DNA from: Macrostomum lignano
Lineage: Eukaryota
DNA length: 64,000 nucleotides
Assembly: GCA_002269645.1 (NCBI GenBank)
Contig: NIVC01003528.1
Span: 1-64,000 of the forward strand
Reading direction: 5' to 3'
This document shows, one piece after another, positions 1-23,300 of the stretch (position 1 is its first letter; the number at the start of each line of letters is the position of its first letter). The translations under genes and the position numbers were made by a program. The notes beneath the pieces were generated by a model. That model did no database searches, had not been told where the DNA came from, and saw nothing but the letters and a program-made list of their open reading frames with translations.

Positions 1-1739
1 AAATTCCTTTAAAAATCGTAATCTGAGTTGCTCTTTCAACAAGTCAAAATGAAGAAGGAGAACAAGACCAAATTTTAGGCCCGTATGAATAAGTGAACAA
101 CTGCATGTTCAACATAAATTATTTCAAGATTACATGGAGTCACGGATGAAGGAATAACATTGTTTGCTCATCTGAAACTTGGAATTTACCTCCGTAAGAA
201 ACTAATATATGGCTGATGAAAGTTTAAGAGTCCCCCGTAGGATTTTGATTTGCTTTGAAGAAGCATCTCTGCATTTTTGTCGCATTTTTTTAATCAAGTT
301 GGCGGCATGCTCCAGAATCCAGGCGATCTAGATGTAGATTTCTATGCTTAGCATTTTACTTTCCTATTGCTCTGATAGCATGGCTGCAGTACCACCAGAG
401 AATATCGAGCATATCTTGCTAGCGAGGCGAGCCAATTGTTCGTTCCTTTAAATTGCAAAGAAAAGGACAGTGACCCATATTTTGTCTATGGTTCTTAGCT
501 ACTGAGTTCAACTGCTCGGATGGCTGAGAATTTGAGAAGTTTGAGATCAATCTTTTATCCATACGAGATGGTAAGCGGAATTACTCAAACTCGGAGCTAT
601 TTTTCAACCTTGAGCACTGCTCCAACTTTAGAGCAGGAGCATTTCTATTCGTTCTATGAGATGATTATACTCATGTCGATTGTCGAGTGACAATATCTGA
701 ATATGACTATCTATAGCTAGCGTGAGAAAGGTAGCTAACGCGCTAACGAAAAAAAGTTAGCGGACTTTAGCGGAACTTTAGCATTTAGCGGACATTAGTG
801 AAGGTGTGCCCCAGCAACATTGTAAGTTAATGGTTCAAAGCAAATTGCAGGGGTTTCTTAAGCTAAGAATCAAAAAGAAAGAAATGGAAATAATGAAAGA
901 ATAAATGTGCATGCATAACCGACCCCCCACCTTAAAATTCTAAGGATCACCTTATTATAAGCCATATTTCCAAAGACAGTTCGCCCCCTCACTGCACGAA
1001 TTGCGGGGGTAATCATGCAGCATGTAAAATTGCTACTGCTGGCCAACTACATGTATCACGCGATCTTTAAGAGACTCGACAGGACGCCTATATCATGGTG
1101 CGCAGGCCGCAAGACGGCCACAAGCTGCATAAAAATCCTCCTTTTTCAAGCAGATTTATTTTGCTTTGAATAGCTAATATCATACAATAGATGTATAAAA
1201 AATCCTAAATGTCATGAAGTGGTGTTGATCAGGAATCGCAAAAAATAACGTGCGCATGTTTAGCGCTCGTGCAAGTACATGCATGATCGAGGCGAACTCA
1301 GAAATCAGATTTTTTCTCGACGCGAAGCTGTCTCCGGCGAAGCTATAGCCTCATTCAGCGTTATATTCGCGTTCTTTGGAGCATAATATGGCTCGTAAAT
1401 GCACTAAAAAGTAGTTCGTGTAGTATATTTTGCGCTGCTACGAGAGCTACTACCTACTTTAAGTACTCGATTTCATTTTAACCTAAAACCATATGTGGCT
1501 AAAAGCAAAAAAGCAGTGCACACAGTGTGCGCAACACAAACAAACAAAACAGCTGCGCGCACTAATTAACAAGTATAAACAGTTTGTGTGTTTGGTGTTT
1601 GTTGAACGCGTTCGTCTATATATGCAAATTTTGTTCATAGACGGCGAGACAAAGGCACTGTTCGTAACCCAGCCTCAAAAATTGAATACCAAGGACAAGT
1701 TAAAGCAACGTACATATAGTACGTGACACTCACGTTTCA

Positions 1740-2356
1740 TGGAATATGTTTTGAAGGCCACTTTTCGCCAAAAAATACACATACTAGCAACGGAGATAGG
1801 AAGCTTTCATTTTTTAGCATAAAATTTTTATTGCTTTTGATAGGAGGCAGACCCAGTGTTGCCTCTTATCGAACATCTTCTTCCAATGTTTCCTCAGAAA
1901 CTTAGTATTATATGTTTTTTTATTTATTCTAAATATATACTTCCTGTACCTAAGAATCATAAAATGCATGGCACAGCTCTCGAATGTTTGGTTTTATGAA
2001 TCCATTTTATCATCTGTTACAAATATTGTTACACAGTCAGCTAAGAATGACAAAATAGATTCTTCATAAAACTAAATGAGCTGAGCCGTGCCATTTAAAT
2101 GGTTTTTAGGCACAGGACGTACATGTAGCTACATGTACATATGCAATTGTACGTTAGAAATGAACATAGAATCCTTATTTTTGAACAAAAAGCTTTATGA
2201 ATATCAAATAGAGCTATAAGAAAGGCACAACATATCAAAAGATGAACATTTGGGTCTGCCTCCTATCGAAAGCTAATAACCATTTTATGCTGAAAAAATG
2301 AAAACTTCGTATCTCCGTCAGTGTATTTTTCGCCGAAAAGTGGCCTTCAAAACATA
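1740..2356. mobile_element. Foldback MITE with about 120-bp inverted arms
   Basis: 1740-1862 is the reverse complement of about 2240-2356 (GTTTTGAAGGCCACTTTTCG...GATAGGAGGCAGACCCA). Related sequence at 40645-40830 and 49715-49935. Confidence 0.75.
1940..2119. mobile_element. Small Tc1/mariner-type MITE nested in the foldback element
   Basis: Imperfect TIRs C(T/G)TCCTGT(A/G)CCTAA(G/A)AA(T/C)CAT, TA on both flanks; partial copy at about 19643-19750. Confidence 0.65.
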
Positions 2357-2764
2357 ATTTTCCCTACCAGATTTTGAGTATTGCGTCCTTCTAATAATTA
2401 GTTGTTCGGCCTTGTTTTGATTACACACCGTCAAAATTGTTAGAAAATTGGTAATAAAGTTTGGAGTTTGTCCTTTTTGATTGCAAATCGACATATTACT
2501 ATTGTATTTGAGTTTGTCAAAATAAGTTGTTGAACATTTCAACATGCGATACCACATGTACAGCAGGACTGTCAAAATTGAATGCAACGAGATTCCGAAT
2601 ATATTGAGCGCAGCTTTTCCAAAACATTAAAGCAATATACGAGTAGCTAGTCTACTATACTAACTATACAGCTACATGTAGCAGCGATAAAAAATACACG
2701 AATTTTTTTAATTAAATCAAATAATCAATTATAATTGATATACATATATATATATTGAGGTTCT

Positions 2765-3434
2765 TGTCACGTTATTGGCGTAGCGGCCAGCTATGCGGTG
2801 ACCCTTAAAAGGGCCGTTTTAGTCCCAAAATAAGTTGAAGTCAATTCTTGTAAAGCGGATTTTGTAGCGGAGCACTTGGCGATAAAGGCAGGAACTGCCG
2901 TAGTTGTCTTTATTGTTAATATCAGTATTAAGTTTGGTTGTTACTGGCAATCAACAGACTATAGCTTTCTGGGCACTGGCGGCTGCAACAATGGGTTGAA
3001 TATAATTTGGATATGAAGTCAAGGCAGGCGAATGACACAATGGCGACGTGACGTGAGCAGTGGCTATGAGCACAGTGAAGGCAGTGAAACGTAGTGGCGA
3101 GTTGGCGTCGGTCGTGGCGTGAAACAGTCAAGTAAGTGTGTGAGCAGGCTGGCCCAGACAGAAGGGCCGTGGTGAGAAATAAGGAGGCTCGAGGCAGCCA
3201 GACAAACAGATAAGACAGCTAAGAGGCCGCAGGGAAGGAAACAAGGAACAAGCGAGCGAGAGGAGAGTGGAGTGCCCGCCGCTAGGGGGGGGTTTAATAA
3301 AAGAGCGCAGAGGGGGTAGCGCGAGCACGAGTGATTTCATTGGCTGGCGAGAGAACTTAAAATTATCGATCGTGCCAATTTATACGGTGGCGAGAGAGGA
3401 TAGCAAAATATACAAAGAATTATAAATTGCCACA
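2765..3434 (-). mobile_element. Possible solo LTR
   Basis: 670-bp GC-richer block with TGT...ACA termini and a minus-strand AATAAA (2909-2914) about 145 nt from the 3' end. No TSD found. Confidence 0.35.
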
Positions 3435-4679
3435 AAATCGTTGGGCTCTACTATAAGTAAACGTTAAAATAAACTATTGGAGAAATTAATATGAGAAATT
3501 ACAAGGGAAAATATAGTCCAGCGGCCCTTTTCGGGACCACCTTAAACTGACAACGTCACATTCTGGTTCTGATCGAAGGTACAAAAAGTACAAATCCTGT
3601 CTAAAGCTTTCTAAAGCTTCCAAACTGCAGGCCAACTGTTCTGGTTTAAATTTTGATCTATTCTGGTCTATTCCTACACACATGTATATGTAAATCTGGT
3701 CGACATGTATTCTTTTGTGACCATTTTAAGATGTCCCACTGTCTCGAGTAATTAGTACGATATTTACAAATGACTCGCAAAATTAGTGTACGCCTTTGAC
3801 TGCAAGAAATATTGCATATAGCTATTACTCTACTGCATGCCTCCTGTCCCACATATAGATGTACATGTATAGGGCCAAACTTACAGTGTGTGTGTGGTGT
3901 AATTGCGTCTTCTAAAACTGAGAACAAAATTTTAAACGATCCCTTCAAACAAATCATTTTAAGTACAAACCGATGTAGAGTTTATGAGCATTTTAAGTTT
4001 AGCTGCAATGCAAGCAATTGTGGGCCTTCAAATAATTTAGCAATATTTGAGCGTACTACTGCCTGATGCAAATTAGGTACTTTTAGTGGGTACTTGCAGA
4101 ATTTATGCCCCATGTCATCAGAAATAAGAATTGAAATATACAGTACGTGATTAAGAGTTACCTGCAAAGGCCAATTCAAATTACAGCTAATAGCTCTGCG
4201 TGTCAAGCATCGCTGAAATCAATTTTAAAATGGGTCTGAACCTTTAGCTCAACATATATTTGAGCCAAATCCGAGCTACTACTGCGCAGGCGCCGAGGCA
4301 ATGTATTTAAACTGGCCTTGCTATCGGCTTGAAAATCGTACGTTAATTTTTGCATAAATTAATGCTATTTTTATATTAAAAACGTGTTTTACTGCTAAAA
4401 CATTATAATTTTTTCTGATTAACGCGATCGAACATTTTTTATAATAATACTTTGTTTTAATAGTTGATTTATGATTTTTGAACGAGATTTTTTACCACCG
4501 ACAGATTTTTCACGGATCTGCATAACTGCATTACATGAACATACAATACAAAGCAAATTTGATATTGATAGTGTATACATTTTAAGAAATTTGGTTTCAT
4601 CGTTTACATAATTTGTACTGTCTCCTGTGAGTCTTGTGAGTCGTTGTGGCATCCATTGACTGGTCTCAAATCAAACGAA

Positions 4680-15776
<11,097 letters not shown>

Positions 15777-15910
15777 TGCGCAACGGTGCCGGAGAAGCAG
15801 TAATATTGCTTACTGTCAACAGCATTTTGTCTTTATACAGACTGTTACTAACAAATCAATGTTCATTCTTAATTGCACTATGAAAGTGAATCCAATTGCG
15901 TCAAGTAACT

Positions 15911-15916
15911 AATAAA
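15911..15916 (+). terminator. SPT16 polyadenylation signal
   Basis: AATAAA 135 nt after the stop. Confidence 0.65.
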
Positions 15917-16491
15917 TAAATTAACCTGCAGAAGTATAATATCTGCCAAATTAGTAAATATATAATAGGGTGTTTTCATACTTAGTTCCAATTGAATTGA
16001 ATAAGACAGTTAGCTACGATTGACCAGCCGTGTCATTTTTAAACCTGTTTATTTTCTCGCAAATTTCAATTTCAACTGTTTCTCGAGTCCAGCATATGTT
16101 TTTTACTGTACGTACTAAGAAAGTACTCGCAAGTTTCAAGGCTTAATAAATATTTTTTCAATTTAACTTTGGCAAGCATTTTTAAACCAACAGGGCTGAA
16201 CAAGTTTTATTTTCTAACTTCTTTTAATTATAAGTCTTTTAGGTGGCTCGGACGCGAGGAAATAGTAAATATGGAGAAAAGTGCATAAATTTCTTTGGTT
16301 TTAATTTATTATGACAATTGTAATCAAGGTATACGAGCTATCTATATTTATCTGATCGTAAAATGAAATTAGAAATGCAGCATACGACGTACTCCAATCT
16401 ATTTAAAGGGTTGTTCAGTATCGAGTTATACTTGCAAATAAAAATTACTGTAAATGTACATGCATATGCAGTAAATAGTAATGACAGCTAT

Positions 16492-16527
<36 letters not shown>

Positions 16528-18617
16528 GCTAAGACTATTATAAAAGCTACTGCAACACTTTCTTATATGGTCTTAATAATTAAAATTTTTGTACAGAAAA
16601 AACAAGGACAACTTAATGTGGACGGATAACTTTGTTTCTCAAAAACTGAAACCAATTTTCAAAATGAAGGACGTTTCCGTAAAATACATTAAGGAGATCA
16701 GCAGAAGCGACCACGTATTTTTTCATCTCAGTAGATCAGAAGCTATTATTTTACTTTAAACTTTTAATGCAGCTACTACTATTGAGCCATAAAACTAAAA
16801 AATCTTAAGACGTGAAATTTCTAATAACAGAAAATGAGGATTTGAACCATAAAATTTAAAATTATCGACGAATAAATCGACCGACGAAGGGCATAATGGG
16901 TCATGCAACCGAAATATTAATATGTCAGCTGATACTAAATTCATGACAGAGCACCAATTCTTATTTTCGCGGCGATGTGACCTGGATAAAGTCCAGTCAC
17001 ACTATTTACCCTATAAAACAAATAAGTACATGTACACCACTTTCTTACTATATCGTGTCGTACATGGTGTGTTCAATTGCATGGCGACTTGAACAATAGC
17101 AAACAATTTAGCTACCAATGCATGCTAAACTGTTAATGTGATCATTTGGTTCATACTTTTAGGCTCTACAAGTCAAATATAATCAAATAAAAGTGAAAAA
17201 AACTAATAAAGAATTGTAGGATCCGGTAGAAGATACGTTTGAATAGAAAACGTAATTCACGCGTTCTGTTTCCTAGTAAATTTATTTTCAAATTTAAACT
17301 TAAATTTTATATTGTGTTATATTATATATATATAAATAACATAAATAATTCAGCGGCGGCACCCCAAGTCTGTATGTAATGACTCGTGAACTAAACTACT
17401 GTTTATGGCAGTGATGGCATGATATCTACAAATTACAAAGTTATCATACTGCTATACGAGTTTTTATTATTTTATTTTTTACGACTTAGGTAGGCTAATA
17501 TAATAATGTAATAGGCCTACTAATAGCACCTACGCCTTGTTGATTTAAATTAGGCCTGGCTCTATTCCTTTTAGTCTTACGCTACTCTTAGTCTTAGATC
17601 TTCTATTAATAAACAGGCCTAATAAGGCAAGCTAACGGTAATTTTTCTACTACACTTGATAAATATAATTTGTCTAAGTAAAGACATATTGCATAGGCCT
17701 AGCTTTTGTAATTTGAATTTGAGCATTTGAAAATTATTAAATTAGTCAAGTTCAAGTAAAATAGTTAGGCATAGAAGTCATGTCCCTTTCTAGAAAAAAA
17801 TTTATCTTGACTCTAATTGTCATATTTTTGTAATGCATTTTCTCTCTCAGGCACAGATAAATTTTGCTCAAAACCTTGGTTTTTTACTAATATTTTTTGG
17901 ATCTAAGTAAGCTTGTCAAATTTTTATTCGCCATGACTAGGGACACGGCGGCCATGCCTCTAACTCTATGTTTAAGGACACAGCCGCCGTGTCCCTAGCT
18001 ACCACGCTACTCTGTGCCTAAAGCCACGGCGGCCATGTCTTTAGCTATGTGGACTCGCGGCACGGCCACCGTGTCCCTAGCTCTGTTGGAATCTAACATG
18101 GCGATTTTTATTTGTCAAATATGTATGTTGACAAGTTTAGGGCCTACCACAGTTTGCATAGCATGTGATATGCAGTATAACAAAAGGGATAGAATTAGGC
18201 CTAGGAGATATAAATAGAAGCTAAAGCAATAAGGTTTTAATTTATATATATATCTATATATTATATATATATAATAATAAATTAGGCCTAGTATTTTTGA
18301 GTTAAATTAAATTTATTAAAACTGATTGAAATTGATTAGAATTGGAATCTTGACAATTAATTGCAATCCCCTAGCTAGTTGTTAATATGAAAGATTCTTG
18401 GTTTCATTGTTTTTTGAATTTTATTGTATCTCATATTTGATTTGATCATATTATAGGCCCTACATGGCAGACTGCTAGGTGCTGCAATGCATTGCTATCT
18501 CTTATCCAGTCATTCCAACAAAAAGAAATTCTAGCAATAGGGCCTAAACAATCTGCCAATTTGGCAACAATAAAGGCAGCAAAGTCCAACCAAGATTTCA
18601 ATTTCAATCTTAAAAAT

Positions 18618-19019
18618 TAGAGGTTGGATGGGATTGAAATCTTTGGGCAGGATCAGGATTGGGAATATTTTTTTCTTGGGATCAGGATTGGGATTTAGGA
18701 ATTGAGATCAGGTCTTTTAGTGTATTGTAGTTTGTAGGTCCATATAAAATTAAATAAAATTAAGCAAAAAATGTCAAGATCAAAAATAAAATACAAGAAA
18801 ATTGATGCAAAGTTTTGTAATGATCACAAAGTAATGATGTAATGAATATAAGTTAAAACAAAATACATTTAAGTAATCACTAATTCTATAAACTTATGAT
18901 CAAAAGACCTGTTCCCAATTCTTGTGTTTTTAGGGTCAGGATCTTAGTCCCATAGGAATACAATTTTCCTTGGAATCTTGGGATTTTGGGATAAAGATTG
19001 CAATCCCATCCGACCTCTA
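18618..19019. mobile_element. hAT-type MITE, 402 bp
   Basis: TIRs TAGAGGT(T/C)GGATGGGATTG(A/C)AATC (22/24) flanked by an exact 8-bp TSD TTAAAAAT. Confidence 0.9.
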
Positions 19020-20378
19020 TTAAAAATGAAATTTCAAGACATGGCCTTTTTAGGTCATTTCAAGAAATTCTTGAAATTTCAAGAATGGGCTTAGAATTTG
19101 AGAACAGTCAAGCAAGATTTATTCAATATAGATTTTATATATAGGTATATATAGGTATATAAATATAGGTATATATATTTTATATATAGGTTTTAATATA
19201 GGTATTTCACAAGTATAAAATATTGTGAAATACCAAAAAACAAATAATGCCTTGTCTAATGCATAATTAGCATTTTTTGTTTGTTTGTATATTTATGGCA
19301 TTTTCAATTAAAACATGTTAACATTGTATTTCTATGAAACAGATTCAAATACATGTTTTACTAGTATTTTTCATATGGAAAATAGTGTTTTAGTATTAAA
19401 ATACAAATAACCCCAAAATAGGCTAAATTGTATATATAACTTATTATAAGTACTATAGATTCTCCCTATACAAATTCGCAATTGTAGCTAGATAACCAAT
19501 TCTCAATTGACTTATTTTCAATCTCAATGTTTTTTTTAATAAAATTCTCACTTGATCTTGCTTAAAAACAAAAATCTGATCTTAGTTGGGCTCTAAAAGG
19601 CAGGCATTGTTACAAATTGTCACAATTGACAATTGTTATATCTTGTGCCTAAAAAAACTAGCATTACAATGACATGGCTCGGCTTATTGGTTTTATGAAT
19701 CTGTTTTATCTATGTACTGAAACAGATGCACATACTGTACTATGCTAAGAAATTTACCAGTTGAAAAATTTACCAGTTGACATATTTACCATATAACTAG
19801 GCCAGTTGATAAAAAAAGTTGATAAGTTTACTAGCACCCTATTTTTATATAGGCAATAAGCCTAGCTTTTTTACTTTTTTACTTAGTCTTAGGTCTAACA
19901 ACTTATTTTTTATGCCCAATCAATAGCCAATGCCCCATAGCTCTCTACTTCTAAATCTTACATGTATACCAGAAAATGTTGGTATTTCAACAGATGCAAA
20001 AAATGGTTGGCATAAAGTATCATAGTATACAGAACATTATGCTATAGATCTGGCATATAGCATAGCTATTAGTATACAAAAGACCAAAATGTCATAATGC
20101 AAGAATGCAAAAATGTCCTTCATTGTTGCAAAACAAAAAATTCCTTTATTGCTGCAATATCATTTGATTATATCTAGTATACATATCACAAGTAATATTT
20201 TTAGTGTGTAAACTTGAATTTTTATGGTGTAGGGAGCCATTTTTCCAGTGTACCATATAGACGGCCTAATAGATTTGAGAGTGTGGCCATTGCTAGGCTT
20301 AATAGCCATGGAAATATCTCATTTTTTAGCTTTTTGGCTTCAACCTGATGTTTTGATTATTACTGAAAATCAGTTAAC

Positions 20379-23300
20379 ATGTTTGAGCCGGGAGTGACAC
20401 AGAATGGCTATGGAAATGGAGTCAATGGCCACTTGTAAGTGACTGGTTTGCTGTTATAAAAGAAGCTTTAAAAGTACACAATTAGGAAGTGATGCACTTA
20501 ATTTTTTTGCACAAATTTTAGCCAGTGGAACTCGCAAAGCAATGGACAAGCTGGCGATGCATTGCCCTACGATGCGCAATACCCTTCAGCTAGTATGCAG
20601 GTACAGTAGTTTACATTTAAATGGTGATGTAGAGGCGAAACACTTGTTAAATAATCCAACTCTATTTTTTCAACTCTATTTTAGTACGGCAGTCAGTCAT
20701 ATGAATCGCCGGGCAGTGCTCCAGACTATGCTGCCAATGACACCCTAGATGTTGATCTGGCTGCTTCAGCGTCGCTTGGCAATAATGGAGGATACTATAC
20801 TAATACGGGATACTCTGCCGGCACTGGCAACTCATATTCCCAGCGGAGTCCTGGGTAGGTTCTATGTGATTGTATCATCTTTTAGATATTCAATAATATG
20901 CATGCAAGTTTCTAGACTTGTAGTCTTTAGGCAGCTGCTAAAGTGCTATCACGTCCTCTACTACATCCTTGAGCGAGATTCTACCCTTCTTCCAGGCACT
21001 AGTGGGTAGCTACCCACTTCCCCAGACACTTCAGCGGGTAGCTAGCTACCCACTCCCACAGATACTTCAGCTGGTAGCTAGCTACCCACTCCCACAGATA
21101 CTTCAGCCGGTAGCTAGCTACCCACTCCCACAGATACTTCAGCGGGTAGCTAGCTACCCACACCCCCAGACACTTCAGCCGGTAGCTAGCTACCCACTTC
21201 CCCAGATACTTCAGCCGGTAGCTAGCTACCCACTCCCCCAGACACTTCAGCTGGTAGCCACTTCCCTAGACACTTCAGCCGGTAGCTAGCTACCAACTCC
21301 CTCAAACACTTCAGCCGGTAGCTAGCTACCCACTCCCCCAGACACTTCAGCCGGTAGCTAGCTACCCACTCCCCCAGACACTTCAGCCGGTAGCCACTTC
21401 CCTAGACACTTCAGCCGGTAGCTAGCTACCCACTCCCACAGATACTTCAGCCGGTAGCTAGCTACCCACTCCCCCAGACACTTCAGCCGGTAGCCACTTC
21501 CCTAGACACTTCAGCCGGTAGCTAGCTACCAACTCCCCCAGACACTTCAGCCGGTAGCCACTTCCCTAGACACTTCAGCCGGTAGCTAGCTACCCACTCC
21601 CACAGATACTTCAGCCGGTAGCTAGCTACCCACTCCCCCAGACACTTCAGCCGGTAGCCACTTCCCTAGACACTTCAGCCGGTAGCTAGCTACCCACTCC
21701 CACAGATACTTCTGCCGGTAGCTAGCTACCAACTCCCCCAAACACTAGCCGGTAGCTAGCTACCCACTCCCCCAGACACTTCAGCCGGTAGCTAGCTACC
21801 AACTCCCCCAAACACTTTAGCCGGTAGCTAGCTACCCACTCCCCCAGACACTTCAGCCGGTAGCTAGCTACCCACTCCCACAGATACTTCAGCCGGTAGC
21901 TAGCTACCCACTCCCCCAGACACTTCAGCCGGTAGCCACTTCCCTAGACACTTCAGCGGGTAGCTAGCTACCCACTCCTACAGACATTTGTTCATTAGCA
22001 TGGAAAATAAGTTGTTATTGTTGTGTAAATTTCATTTAATGTAGCTTAATGTAGAATGACGAAAAGCATGGCATCTGATATAGGTTTTATGGCATGTATG
22101 GAATGGAAGAGTTTGCTACGACTTTTGCCGCAAAACAGGCCTATGAAGCGAACCGTTTGCATGTTTTCTGTGGTATAGCAGAGTTCGCTAAATTGCGTCG
22201 TTTGTAATTATATAAGGTAATTTAGTTTTGCGCTTTGCAGTTCAGTAATTAGAAGTATGCCATTAGTCATTTAGAGTTGGCTGTAGACTGTTAACTCTGT
22301 TTCCCCTGTTCCTTCAGTGCAGGCCTCTCCATTTCCCCTGTTCCTTCAGCGCAGGCCTCTCCATTTCCCCTGTTCCTTCAGCGCAGGCCTCTCCATTTCC
22401 CCTGTTCCTTCAGCACAGGCCTCTCCATTTCCCCTGTTCCTTTATTGCCGGCCTATCCATTTCCCCTGTTCCTTCAGTGCAGGCCTCTCCATTTCCCCTG
22501 TTCCTTCAGTGCAGGCCTCTCTCCATTTCCCCTGTTCCTTCAGCACAGGCATCTCCATTTCCCCTGTTCCTTCAGTGCAGGCCTCTCTCCATTTCCCCTG
22601 TTCCTTCAGCACAGGCATCTCCATTTCCCCTGTTCCTTCAGTGCGGGCCTATCCATTTCCCTTCCTTCAGCACAGGCCTCTCTCCATTTCCCCTGTTCCT
22701 TCAGCACAGTCCTCTCTCTCCATTTCCCCTGTTCCTTCAGCACAGGCCTCTCTCCATTTCCCCTGTTCCTTCAGCACAGGCATCTCCATTTCCCCTGTTC
22801 CTTCAGTGCGGGCCTATCCATTTCCCTTCTTTCAGCACAGGCCTCTCTCTCCATTTCCCCTGTTCCTTCAGCACAGGCCTCTCTCCATTTCCCCTGTTCC
22901 TTCAGTGCAAAACCCTTTTGACGCCAGGCCATCCCCAACCACCCAACTCAGAGCCGGCAGCCATCGCTATGAATTCGGAGCAGCAGCCGCAGCCTCACTC
23001 GATGACGAAGGCCAGCCGTATGCAAACCTGCCGCCACCTGGCACTCTGCCGTCGCCTCCGTCTCAGCTGTCTCCGCCAATGTCTGCCCAGCTGGCTATGG
23101 TCAATAACAGTGGCTACGCTCGTTCTATTGGATCCCAGTCTCAGCAGCAGCAGCAGCAGCATCACTATCACCTGCTTCAGCGCGACTTCAGCACTGTGGA
23201 TGGCCGGATCAGGCAGAAGCAGTTGCAGCCGCCGCAGGTTGAGCGACAGCAGCAGCACGAGTATGTCAATTATCGAGATCCAGACGTTGTAGCAGCGATG

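Noticed and set aside
230-520. hAT transposase C-terminal remnant on the minus strand (EQLARLASKICSIFSG)
   Set aside because: Only a short, stop-ridden resemblance to the hAT dimerisation motif; not supportable without a profile search.
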